In this document: positions 37,901 through 50,664 of the stretch, one piece after another
Layout: the number at the start of each line of letters is the position of its first letter
How positions within the stretch are numbered: position 1 is the first letter of the stretch
Origin: Trichoplax adhaerens
Taxonomy: Eukaryota; Animalia; Placozoa
DNA length: 64,000 bases
Assembly: GCF_000150275.1 (NCBI RefSeq)
Contig: NW_002060962.1
Span: forward strand, 1,130,203-1,194,202
Direction of reading: 5' to 3'
Position numbers and translations under genes: made by a program
Notes under the pieces: generated by a model
Database searches by the model: none
What the model was told of the DNA's origin: nothing
Seen by the model: the letters and a program-made list of their open reading frames with translations, nothing else

Positions 37901-39958
37901 ACTTATCAGGTGATAATCGTTCGAGTTGAGGAATGTAATCAGAAAGCTGAAATAGAGAAAAATAAATTATTCGAGTGAAGGTGTAATTATCATAAGCAGC
38001 CAAGTTTCTATTCTATTTTCGATGATATAGCATTTACAGCATTCCTACCTGACCATCATTTATTAATTTCGCTTCATGATAGAAATCTTTTAATGTAGAA
38101 GTAAATACTTGAAAATCAGGAATGACAAAGTCGCCTTGCAATGCGCGTCGGAGCAAGAATGTGCATTTATTAATGCATCTATGATTGATTAATAGTAAAT
38201 ACAAATTCGTAGAGTATCACTCAAAATAGAACAACACGATATTCTAATTTGATAACGTATTAAAGCCACAGTATATTATATATTTGAGTAGCAATAATCA
38301 TTATATTACATTGAGATCTACTTTTGCATAAATGACTGGTTCATTTAGAAAAAGCATAATAAAGATTACTTGGAGTGAAAAAATTTATGAAATATTTTAA
38401 TTCTTCACTACCAATTTAAATTAGCGATCCAGTGTAACAAATACGGGATACATCCATTATAATGCAGTATCTACTGCAATGTATATATTTATTTCTGTTC
38501 TCTAGATAATTTTCACTTGCACTGTAATACTCGTATGAATATTGAAAGCACAGTAACTACATAATATCGTCCAGAAATCCTACGTACACTAATACTCCAT
38601 ACTTTTGCACATTCTGTTTCAAAGCTAAACACTACGAAACTGCAGGGTATACTTATGTCTTCCTTTCCATGTTACAGTAAAACAAAGATATTATATTATT
38701 ATCATTAAGTTAGAATTACGAAATCACATGTGCTCGATCCACAACATTTAATGATTTTGATGCTTGATTGAGATCATGCATTTTTATATAAAGTTAAAAA
38801 TTATGTCGTCGCGAAGGATTTTTCACAGTCATTATATTTGATACTATCTCGCTCTGCATTCACAATGTCTAGAAAGGTGAATTTTTATTCTGGCTATAAA
38901 ATTTATCAAATTATTACCTCATACGAGCATTAACATTATTGATAATAACACTGATTATTGTGAAATCAAATAGCAGAATCGATGAATTCTGTAATACCTG
39001 AGCTTCAAATTCTCAAATTAAATATTTACATTTATTGATATGCTTGCTTAAGATGAAATTTCAATTATCTTGCTAGGTAATTTATTCGGTATTCTTACTT
39101 TTTGAATGTCTCTATGTTTATAAACCCAGTACGATCTTCTGCCAAGTATGATTTCAGTGCTTTGATTACAGGTAGTAGGCGCTGATCATTTTCTCGTAAT
39201 CCGCATTCCTTTATAATCTGAAGCCATAGACACAATAATTGATCACATGTTTATAATAACTACGCCTATGTAATGATTGATTTTTCATTGATCTTTTACG
39301 AATACAATCACTGCGGGTTTCAGTATATTACTTATTGCAGGATTTAAGAACAAAACCTTTACATTACTTTAGTGATTAATAACGGAAATGGGATAGTAGG
39401 TAATTATTAGTAAAACACTGATAATTTATTCATTCATGTCCACTTGTACAGTCTATTTATTTTTCATTTGAGTTTACGGAGAGACCAAAAAGCATGAATG
39501 AATCAACAAGGTTCTACTCTGACGATTACTATTGGTCTTCTAGTCCTGTAACTCAATTTTGGTGTCGGTTAAACAATCTTGATCATAACTTAAGTTAATA
39601 TTGAAAAATGATTGAAATATTTATCTCAATCATCATTAACATTTCCATCAGTTACTGTCATCCATGATCGTGTTGCAATGAAGCGAAACTTGTGGTGCAT
39701 TTATCTTTGTAGTACAGTAATGTCAATGCCATAGACAAGAACTTAAAATGTTTTCTTGTTGTGTAGGAATTTTGTAACCACAATGCACCATTGCGCAATA
39801 CAGTATATTTCATTTTACAGTATACTAGAAAAGAAAAGACTCCTTGGATTAAGAAGTACCTGTAAGAAATAGGGAACAGAAATCATCATTTCTCCGTCTC
39901 TTGTTTCGCTGTATATATGGAATATTAATTCCATACTTTCTTCTTCTTGCCGATCCAT
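34901..39958 (-). CDS. GLS: Glutaminase (GLS/GLS2 family): EF-hand-like N-domain, catalytic domain, C-terminal ankyrin repeats; divergent active site
   Basis: Exons encode [106 protein letters not shown] and [12 protein letters not shown]. Confidence 0.93.
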
Positions 39959-40003
39959 GTTTTACAATTAAAGTATTATTATGATCAATCCAGGAGGAAG
40001 AAG

Positions 40004-40602
40004 ACAGTACTGGTTTTATACTGTACAGTTTACAGTGTACAGTACAGTACAGTACTGTAACAGAATACAGTACTGGTTTTATACTGTAGTTTATAGTGTA
40101 CAGTACAGTACTGTACTGTACTGTACTGTACAATCGTGTGTAAAAACTTTGAGTACTGTACAGTACACTGTACTGTACTGTACTGTACAACTACAGTATA
40201 AATTCCAAATTCTCGGTAGCACAGTACAGTACTGTACACTGTACACTGTACAGTAAGTACAGTACTGTACCATTACTGTGACTCTGTGAGTGTGCAGTAA
40301 AGTAAGAAAAAAGGCTGACGCAATCAGACCATGTCGCAGTCATATCGAGCACGCCCAGACGCACTGTACTGTACAATACTGTACTCTACTGTACAGTACA
40401 GTGTACTGTACAGTACAGTACAGTGTACAGTACATACAGTACTGTATTAATGAAAACTACTCTACAGTACAGTAAATTGCTAAAACCGGAAATCACAGTA
40501 CTGTACTGTACTACAGTATACTGTACAGTACTGTACAGTACATCATCTTGGATACTGTACTGCATGCTAGCGTACTGTACACTGTACAGTGTACTGTACA
40601 GT
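40004..40602. repeat. CAGTA/TACTG array upstream of the glutaminase gene
   Basis: Dense alternating blocks starting about 45 bp upstream of the ATG at 39958; internal duplication of CAGTACTGGTTTTATACTGTA at ~40005 and ~40068. Confidence 0.95.
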
Positions 40603-41889
40603 GCTCGTGAACCACGACAACATTGACCAAGCCGCGAAAGAAGAGCGGGTACCACATTTGTATTTTCCTATGTGCAATGCATTTCCCGTGCTTATGCTTC
40701 GTCGGCTTGTTGAAGATTTTCACAAATAAGCAACAGTGAATTTAAAGAGTAACGCCTCGCCTTATCATTTCAATCATTCAGGATATCTTAATCTCCGAGT
40801 GGCGTTCAACTACGGCTACTATTTTCTTCGCTCAGTGATTGTGCGATACGATCTTTCGGGAATGTTGATTGTCGCCACCTGAAGCATGGCCAAGGCGAAT
40901 AGGTCATCGGTGAGTAATGATATTCAACATTCGCAAACCTACTGGATACATATTGTGCTCGTGTAAAGTAAATGTCTTGAATGCACAAATTCGTATATTG
41001 AGAGTTCAGTTGTCACTCAGCCACTGTTATAAAATGGACATTAGCAAGTATGCCATGCTGTAAAGTAGTAGAAATTCGCCGTAACTGCTAGATAGTATAG
41101 CCACCATAGAAAGAGGACAAGTGTGCTCCAGTCGACGACGATGTACTGTACGGTATAGCAATAGACATCGGGTTGTCAATTTTGGGGTTGATAGATGGAA
41201 TTGGTTCACTGCCTTAATTCTTACAACACGACGTTATGTTCCTTCCTTTCACTGCTAAATAAGCCGTAGCAGTTGAAATACTATATAGTCTCCCTATGTT
41301 TACAGTGCGAACCATAGAGTATTGCCGCTTTTGGTCAGATTGACAAATGGACACGCTTAGCGCGTGACTAAATGCCTTTAATTAATTAATTCAATCGGTG
41401 AACTAATTCGAAAACAGTGCCACAAAGTTGATAACTCTCCAAGCTTCTGCTACGTTTTAATCTTGAAATTGTAGACTGATTTTAGGCAACTTATATCATT
41501 TACTCCTTTTAATCATCCAATTGTTTAACAAGTTTTTTTTAATGCTGTCCGACGTAATTTTACCATTCCTTATTGGATAGCCTTATTTGACTTCAAAGCA
41601 ACATACATGTAGACAGATGGACGTGCTCACACGTACTGAGTAGTGTTACGCGTATCAGTTAATGAGTCATGAAGAGCTAAGTAGTAGTTACAAAATAGTG
41701 ATAAATTACTTAGTAGCACTTGAAGCATTGTCATTAGATATTGTTACTCATCAGCGTTAACTTTTTTGATGTCAATTTTATTTTACAGTTAAAGAATTAT
41801 TTATTTATTGTAGTTGGGCCGAATTCTAATGATTTTAATTTTTGTGTTTTGGTAAGAATATTCTCTGATTGATTTGTGCTAAGATCATG

Positions 41890-42075
41890 CTGTACTGTAC
41901 GTCATGTTTACAGTACATTACACCAAGTTGATAGTGGTACAAATCAGTACAGTAAGGGTGACAGTACTATAGTACGGTACTGTATCAGTTTTTTGCATTC
42001 GACATTTACAGTACGTACTGTACAGTGTACAGTATGTACGGTACAGTACAGTACTGTAATGCAGACCTCTACAGT
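41890..42075. repeat. CAGTA/TACTG array upstream of the PHF20-like gene
   Basis: TACAGTACGTACTGTACAGTGTACAGTATGTACGGTACAGTACAGTACTGTA at ~42008-42058. Confidence 0.85.
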
Positions 42076-42177
42076 ATTATTATACTGCACGACATTCTTA
42101 CAATTCTGACCATAGCTGATGCCGAGACCTGCCCGAGTTAATCCTTTTACTTGAGAGGCCCTCCTGGGTAGGTAGAC

Positions 42178-45100
42178 ATGTCATTTAGGAGGATTGATGC
42201 ACTCGTCGTAAAAAAAGAAATCGTAACTAAACCTAGTAATAACAAAATAGGTCGACCTAGTTTCGGCAGTAGTACTGCTTAGTACAGTAGCCTACAGTAT
42301 ATTCAATGATGGACTGATTACTTGCTGGTGTATAGCGTGCATATTTATTGATTGGGCAAAATCGAAATAAGGTGTAGGTTTAGGCAAACGAGCGCAAAAA
42401 CTCGATGCTTTCTAGACTAGCAAAATTGTGTACTATCTCCCTCTATATTATACATTATTCCCGCATTTTAATATACAGCCCTACATAGAACACTATAGTA
42501 TGATCGAGGTTGGTTCACCTGGATTCCTAGCTTTTCCATCAGATTTGCAATGTTGGTGCTGCTTAGGTATAGTACTGTAGTAAAGCCCTGTGCCGTCACG
42601 TCTAGCAGTTTTAGCTATTTCGCCTTAAATTCGCTTGCTTTGAAATACAGCTTAAATTTTTTTTAATATGGTTCACTGTAACATCGAAGATGTAGTAAAT
42701 ACGGCATGATTTTCTTGTAATTCATGCTGAAATTGTCTACCTATGAGCTATAGTAAATCTGAGAATTAAAATTTTTTAAAATTAGCGAAAGTAAATGTAG
42801 CCTTAATTGAAGAGATTATTTTCTTGATAAGCCTCCTATTAGTATTTCTTTGCAAGCTGCAGTTCTTAGTAATCATCATGTAATCCGGATTGTCAATACA
42901 CTCGATAATTATTATTATCTTCGATTCTATGTTGGATTTTTTAATTTTGGTGCGCTTTGATTTTGTTGCTGAGATTTTCATTATTATTACTATTAACAGA
43001 AAAAAATAAAGCCATCTAAACTTACTATACCTCTGGAAGTTGGTACTAGAGTGGAAGCGAAGGACTATTGTGGCAAATGGTAATTTATCTTGGTTTATAA
43101 CACTACTTAAAGTTGACGTATAAAGAATAGTTTCAAGTTAAATTCATAAACATGCTGTAATGACATGATGTAACGTTTTATACAAGCTGGTAGTAAGCAG
43201 TCTATACTGACTTTATTCAAAGTAATTGAGCTGTGTGTTATAGGTACAGTAGACGTCTATAGACAACACAGTACATGCATAACATATATAAGCTGGAACC
43301 AAAAGGATCAATATCTGTTTTGTGCTTGATTGCATGGCGACGTGTAAACAACGACGTGTGCAAGAAAATTGCATAAATGAAGCATGAATATAACGATTGC
43401 AAAAAGTAAATGTGAATCAACGGATCACTTGCTATACTTAATTTATAATTGAAAGATTAAATGTTTGACATTTATAGTAGCCAAAAAATTTTACGCCTTT
43501 ATAGATGCCATGATATTACAATCATTTTGTTTTGTTAACAACTATCTGTTGTTAGAAAAACTCGTAATCAGGTTGTAACCAAGCAACAAGTTCTTAGCTG
43601 CTCGAATGGATTAAAGTTAACATTGTGGAATTACGTTATCTTAAGTAACAAGAATAACTACAAATAAACTTTATTAAATGTGCAATTGTGTTGCTGTGTT
43701 TTGATTGGTTCAATGATGCTGCTTATATATGAAATGACCACGATTTTGCAAATTCATTTACTAATGTTTGGATAATGAATAAGATCCACATTTTTGTCCT
43801 TTATTCTGTATTAGCTATCATTGATCCGTTATCAGTTTCTTATGGGCTTGTTTATTGATTTATTGTCACTATTGCGTGCTTTAATCCAGTATAGATTATT
43901 TCTAACTTACTTACCTTATAAGATGCATCGTAGTAATTGATTGATTATGTTGTAGGTATCCATCAAAGATAAAGGATGTTGACGAGAAAAACCAAGAAGT
44001 ATTAATTCATTTCGAAGGATGGAGCAGTAGATTTGATGAATGGATTGATTTAAAAAGTTCCAGATTACGTCCCACTGTCAGGACATCTAGTAGGAAAACT
44101 TCATCTACCTCAAGTCCTATCCTGAAGGTATGCATGAAACCGAATAGTAGTAAACTATAATTCATGTTATTTTGTTAAAATTATCTCATAGCGAATGCTA
44201 ATATCATAGGAATGGCAATGTGGGGAACATGTTTTAGCGCGTTGGTCTGATTGTAGATATTATTCTGGAAAAATCTTAGCAAGGAAGCAGAATGGTATGC
44301 ACTGAGTTTTTTGGGATTGATATATATATATATATATAAATTTTCATAAAAATCTTTGATTCCATACATCTTATTAAAGAACCTTCTTCTGCTTCTTGAT
44401 TGTTGCACATTAGGATTGTATGAGGTGCTCTTTGATGACGGATATAAAAAGCTTTGTTTGCCAGCTACCATTAAAGAAGACCCACGAAAGGTAATAATAT
44501 TATAGGATCAGTGACTAAATCCTAGATAAAAAGTTAACTTATACTATGGAGTACTATGAATGGTTCTTACTTCATTATACGATTTAGTGTCTCAGCAGTT
44601 AATTAGAACAGACTAAAATGTACGTCTATAAACATGCAAAACAAACTTCACTTTATAGATGTTACAAATAAAGGCTGAGTTTGTACATTTTTCATCTATA
44701 TTTGTTCTCCAACTTGATTGCACTGAGTTATTCTTACTCACGATTATAGCCTAAGGTCTCGACAAATAGCACAAAAGTAGATAGAAATTCACCAGGATTT
44801 GCATCTCGTAATCCTAAATCTTCACGAAGTAGCGCTCGTAGAATGCAATCTCAACGACTGTCTGATGCATCTTCAATCGGACCATATAGTATCGATGCAA
44901 CATCTGAAAGTGAAACTAGTGATGCAACTGATAGCTCGCGTGAGAACAAAAAGACCTTAAGCGCAACGAATTTTATTCACGCCATGGCTAGAAACCGTGC
45001 TACATTGAAATGTGGTAATTTGCGAAAGCATAGTAGCGGCAAGCAGAATGGTCGACCCTTGACAACATCTGCTGGCAGTACAAATTCTAATTTGATCTCA

Positions 45101-47494
45101 CCTAGGACTCGTATGTCAGGCTAACCAGTAACGCTGTACAAATGTGTTGTTGAAAAACTCTAGGATATTTTAAAGTGTAACTTGGAGCTAAATATTTATA
45201 TTATAGGAAGCAAGAAGCTGGGTATTGACGAAATAGCTTCGAAATTAATAAAACTAGCTAAAACAAGAAAAGACCAAAACCGTAAGTTATTGGCATCGAC
45301 ATTATCACTATTATTACTAATCTTAATTTTATGATTAGCGTCAACGAATAGAAAACGATCTGTATCTACTACTGACGTAGAACTCTCCAGGCAGAGAATT
45401 AAGCGCCGCAGAACTAGCGTTCCTCCGCGTAGCAGTTTGGCAAACCATGGTAATTATAAATAATAGTTAAAATTACGCTATTTTGATAAGTAGTGTTGCA
45501 TTAGCCAAGATATTCCTAAATCTTTATCTGAATTTTCTTTGATAACATTCAATCTTTTATTTAGACTCAAATATTAAAAATTCAAAACACGCGAGTGATG
45601 ATGACAGTAACTCAGATCAAGATATTGTTCGATGCTTATGCGGAAAGAATGAGGAAATGGGTCTGATGTTACAGGTCAGAATTCATTTACTGTTTATAGT
45701 AACGTTATTTCATAATTGATGGTTGATGTATTTCGATAATCTTTACAGTGTGAAAAGTGTTTGACTTGGCAGCATACTGAATGCATTGAAGTTGATAGCG
45801 ATAACATTCCCGTGAACTACCTCTGCTATCTTTGCCTATGCCCTCCAGGTATTGCTTATGAGAAAGAGCATTGTAGTTTGCTCAAACTTGCTTTATAATA
45901 TTACAAACTTTGATAATGCCTATATGTTTACTTTCTAACGGTTATTGGTAACCTGATTCTACAACAGGTCAGAGGCAAAGAAGTAAATTTAAGGTTTGTG
46001 TTTCTTTATCGCACTACTTACTTACTTTATTCACAGTAATGTACTTAATGGTGAGGTTGAGATTGACAGAACGCATTGTTTTCCTCTTGGATTTTACAGT
46101 ATCACAGTAACTGGCAGAAAAGCGGTGTTTTAGCCTCTTTACTTACCGAGCAAAGTAGTGAAAATGTTAAAGCTAGATCACAATTATTACGTCGTTGCGG
46201 GAGCCTTATTGCTGATATGAATGAGATATCGTCAGTTATGCACGGGTTATGGATGAAAGTTAATATGTTTTCAAGGTATTGTATGAATTCACGATATTGA
46301 TTAATTGTAAAAACACTTTTATGAGCTGTCGTAACAGTTTTATTTATTCTTTCATTTACAGTAGGGATAATCATATCGATCTTGAAGATTTTGTAAAGTG
46401 CTTAAATGTCCGACTTCCATCAGCAATCCGACGTGATGATGAAAAGCTCAAAATTCCTATTGATTCGAATAGTAAGTCAAGTAATGATTGCAGCAAAGAT
46501 ACAATCCCGAAAGAAACTCAACAGAACACAATTAAGATGAAAGGTTTTAAGAAAAGCGATTGTAATGTCGATTGCAAGGAACGCGCTCCAATTAATAATT
46601 GCGTATTTAGTACGAATCACAATGTAGTGGATTTGAAATCACCTGATCGTGATCCTGCAATCAACGCAGTCCACGATTCCAACAATCATTCATCGGATAT
46701 ATGTAAAAGTTCAAATGATCCTAGCTTAAACGGATATTCTAGCCCTCCAAATGATGCTATCGGTAGTAAAATTGTTAATGGTTCAGGTGAACAATTAATT
46801 GGAAATGGTTCACTGTTTGCTGATGCTGAAACATGGTTATCTCATTCCGAAGGCAGCTTGTCTTCACTTTTATCTGATCGATTACGCTTATTGATGGACA
46901 TTAATGCGGCTCAAAACCAAGTGAATAACAGTTTCGATATCATAGAAGCAAGATTACACGGTAGCCTGATATAAACTAAATATTAACTTCTATTAATATA
47001 ACGCTATTTTAATTTTCGAATATTTGTAGCAAGTATAGTAATTTTTATAATGTACAGTATAATGGGTATACCCGTATTTAGTACCCTTAACTACAGAAAT
47101 GATAAAAATTTAAATGAAATTTAACCACGTTTTATTTGTATTGAAGATATAGAGAGTTCTTCTGAAGATACCGTAACTTCCATTGTTGATCGTACCTTTA
47201 AAGCAGGCAAATCATTGTCGTCATGCAACAATCTTGACAGTCCGATATTAAGTACTAATGCAGGTAACCGTTAAGGAATGATTTAACTGTTACATACTGT
47301 ATATATGATCCTAATTTAATTACAATTTGCTAGATTGTATCAGGACGGTTGTTATAGATGAAAATAAAGCCAGAAGAGCGAGACAAAACAAATGTTTTCG
47401 TGACTGTAGATGGCTTAAATTTAGGAAAACCATTCAAGATCTGCAGTGGTTGAAGTTGTTAGCTGCCATTGTTAATGAACCGTTCAAGGAATAG
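42178..47494 (+). CDS. PHF20: PHF20/PHF20L1-like chromatin reader (tandem Tudor plus PHD finger)
   Basis: Tudor 1 is LEVGTRVEAKDYCGKWYPSKI...LIHFEGWSSRFDEWI and Tudor 2 is GEHVLARWSDCRYYSGKI...YEVLFDDG. The PHD finger is [30 protein letters not shown]...YLCYLC. The first exon (ATG at 42178) is tentative; exons are confident from 43000. Confidence 0.85.
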
Positions 47495-48127
47495 CCGAAA
47501 TAAAGTTGAATTCGCATGCAATACCTATGCCAGTTATACGATCTGAAGGATTATAATTTTACTAAAAGTCTTAGGATGTATACGTTTCATAAATCATTTG
47601 TACAGTACCATATGATCACGAAGTCTTACAACTAATTATAGTGTATTCGACATAAGTACTTCTAAGTACGATGTAATTAAATTTGTATAATACTAGATTT
47701 TATGACATCCGTTGTCAAATTGCTTAGCTAACGGGCTAATGATTTTAATTTAACGTTTTAGCTTTATTTATTTAAGCAATGTTGAATGTTAAGAACTAGC
47801 TAATAAACATGAATTATAAAGCATTAATTCGTGGTATGACCTATGCCTACATGTGCATTTTAGTGGTTTTATAGTAAGCAATTGATAAGTTAGCTCATAT
47901 AAATTCGTTTGACAGGCAGTAAAGTAATACTAAAGTTATGTAACAATCTGCAAACATTGAAGATGCTGCATTAAAATAGTGATACGGTTTTATGGAATAA
48001 TTGTGCACAGCAAAGATATTTAAGTAATATGACGATGTAAAAACAATATGAAGTGTAATATTCATAGCTTAAGGTAGCAAATAAAATCTTCAAGTTACGG
48101 AAACAATATACAACTATTTAGACCTAA

Positions 48128-50664
48128 TTACCACAAACCACTAGTGCTTTGTGTCAGTTCACTGTAGGTTATTGATGGCTTTGATTTGTCATAGGATTCT
48201 TCGTGATCATCAATAGCCCAGTTTTGCAGATTTCCGGTAGCGAAGATTAAATAAAAGGCCATACCAAAGAGGTACATAGCAGCGGAGATATAAAATACAA
48301 CTTGCCATTGCTGTCGTGTATGCTGAATCAAGAAAATGAAAGTGCATTGTGATGAAATAATGTGCTGTAAGCGGATAGGGTCTTAGAATCAGAGTTGTTG
48401 ACAACGTGATGCTACTATATTTAAAAGTGTCCATATGAGTGCACTCTCGCAATATTCCATGATAATTAACGGATATACAAGCAGTTTATTCCATCAAATG
48501 TGCATTAAAATCAGTAAATGGTGTAAGCTGTACGAAAGACTTACCGATACATCGACAATAATCCCTACTATAAACGGACTGATAATACCAGGCAATGTAG
48601 CAAAGCAATTCGTTATTCCCATGAGAACACCGGCATATTGAGGTGCAATGTCTAGATGATTTACGCGGAATCCTCCCGAGCTACCAAATGCTCGACCAGC
48701 GACTGCAACACACATACTGGCTATGGTTAAATTAATTTGTTGACAACCAGTATAGCTCGCTAAAATTAGAAAAATTCCAGGGATTGACAGTCCTACGAAT
48801 TATAAAATGAAGATTGATAAAGTGAACAGAGTTTGATGCTGCAATTATATATTTTCGCATAAACAGTTGCACAGTAAAAATCAGTACATAAAATAAGCAA
48901 TTAAGGCAATAAAATTTTGAAAAATTATGTTCATCCCGAATCATTCCAGTTGTGGTTAATACTAGCTTCAGATAATTTTAAATTTCATACCTTTTTCTGA
49001 GACAGAGACAGGCCAATGGCATCGTGAATGAAAGTCAGCTCTTCCGATGAAATGTAAGGATGCTCGGATGGTGAATCGAATACTAGCAACATCCAGGCTA
49101 CAAACCATGCTAAACCGATTCCACCATATATGTAAAAAGTTATTGTCCAACCAAATCGAGCACAGAGGTATCCAGATAAGACTAAGGTAGTTGCCATACC
49201 GAAATAAACACCTAAAGAGAGTAAAATCAAAAATAGACCAGTATCGGTTGGAACACGACTGTTGCTTACAGTCCTACCTGAATACGTAAACGAAGTTAAT
49301 TTGCTTCTCTCAAATGGTGGAGCCCAGCGCGCCCAGATAGCGTGCATAGCAGGCAGTCGTACTCCCTGCATAATTAAATATTTATTCATTCTATTCTACA
49401 TTATCTCCATTTGATTATATCTCCTCCATAATATAGAATAAACAAAATACTCAATCCTAAACACATCGTTAAATGTTCTTACCTCTAATATGCCTTGAAT
49501 TATTTGAGAGGCTATCATGAGGCCAACGCTATGACGCACTACGATAGGAGTTAGTATGTTCAAAATTGATGTACCAAGCATAGAATAACCGGATAAACGT
49601 TTGCCGCCCCATTTTTCCGCTAACCATCCACCTGGCACTTGCGTTATGATAAATCCATAGAAAAATGACCCTAATATAATGCCTTATTAGGCAAGTTATA
49701 GTAGAATAAAGCAAAACCGACACTGTTAATATTTACTGGTACTGTACAGTACAGTACAAGATAACTATTTTATCTTAAAGATTTCTACAGTACTGTATAT
49801 GTGAATGAATTTTTTTAAAATTGCGTCGGATTGAGTTATTAGTAACGCAGTTCGTATAGTCTCTTACTTGTAAATTTGAAAATTGAGATGTCGATATATC
49901 GCATAGCAATAAAAGTTAGCTTTACAATAATTAATCGTTTACAACTTACTAGCCAGATCACCAGCAAATAAATCGTTTAAAAATAATGTTAACATGATAA
50001 AGTATTGATACTTATCTCTTAAATGCAACATTGGTCGACGAATTTCGATACAGCACACATAATGAATTTGATTTTAAACTACTTTTATAAAACTCTTGGA
50101 GTCACAACGTCATCAGCGTTAACTAAGAATACTAACCTCGTAATTTGTGATCCCAGTCGAATTCCCCGATTAACTGAGGAACAATGTGGTTAGGTTAGTA
50201 CAAAATTAATCACAATTCAAATAGCAATTGAAAGGTACAGTACTGTAGCTAGATTGAATATCAAAATTGATAAAAGGGATGCATGATCACATTCAGCTAG
50301 AACTACTCGATTCTAGAATCGTTGGGAGAATTCTATTACTCCATATGTAATATTATTCAACAGAATAAACTTCAATTTCTAAGCTTACCTGTGTTCCAGT
50401 GATATTGTACTTTGGGCACTCGACCGCCGAACTATTGTAGCTAGTGTCCACAGTGGTATTGGTCATTGCGACCATTACGATACTCAAATTAGCTCGTAAA
50501 GCAATATGGCAATAGAAACCTAGGAATCCCATTAAAGCTAGCACGTATCGTGTTGGCAAACAACGACACTGAGAACAAATTGTATATACACAATTGGTCG
50601 ATTCCATTGTTTCACGATTATGTTGACCGCCTAAAAGTGGTTGATTTTCATCCATTCTCACCAT
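48128..50664 (-). CDS. SLC17 family (sialin/VGLUT-like) MFS anion transporter, apparently missing TM7-TM8; possible pseudogene or misassembly
   Basis: N-terminal ENQPLL dileucine motif, then ALRANLSIVMVAM, FDWD, ILGSFFYGFIITQVPGGWLA, PAMHAIWARWAPPFERSKL, DSPSEHPYISSEE, VNHLDIAPQYAGVLMGITNCFATLPGIISP and QWQVVFYISA. Confidence 0.85.

Noticed and set aside
17537-39958. NAPRT, HMGCL and GLS as a metabolic gene cluster
   Set aside because: They belong to different pathways, have mixed orientations and are separated by unrelated genes.
16870-42109. Many ORFs rich in YSTVQ/TVLYC (e.g. 29769-30317, 39981-40256)
   Set aside because: They are translations of the stop-poor CAGTA/TACTG pentamer repeat in multiple frames, not proteins.
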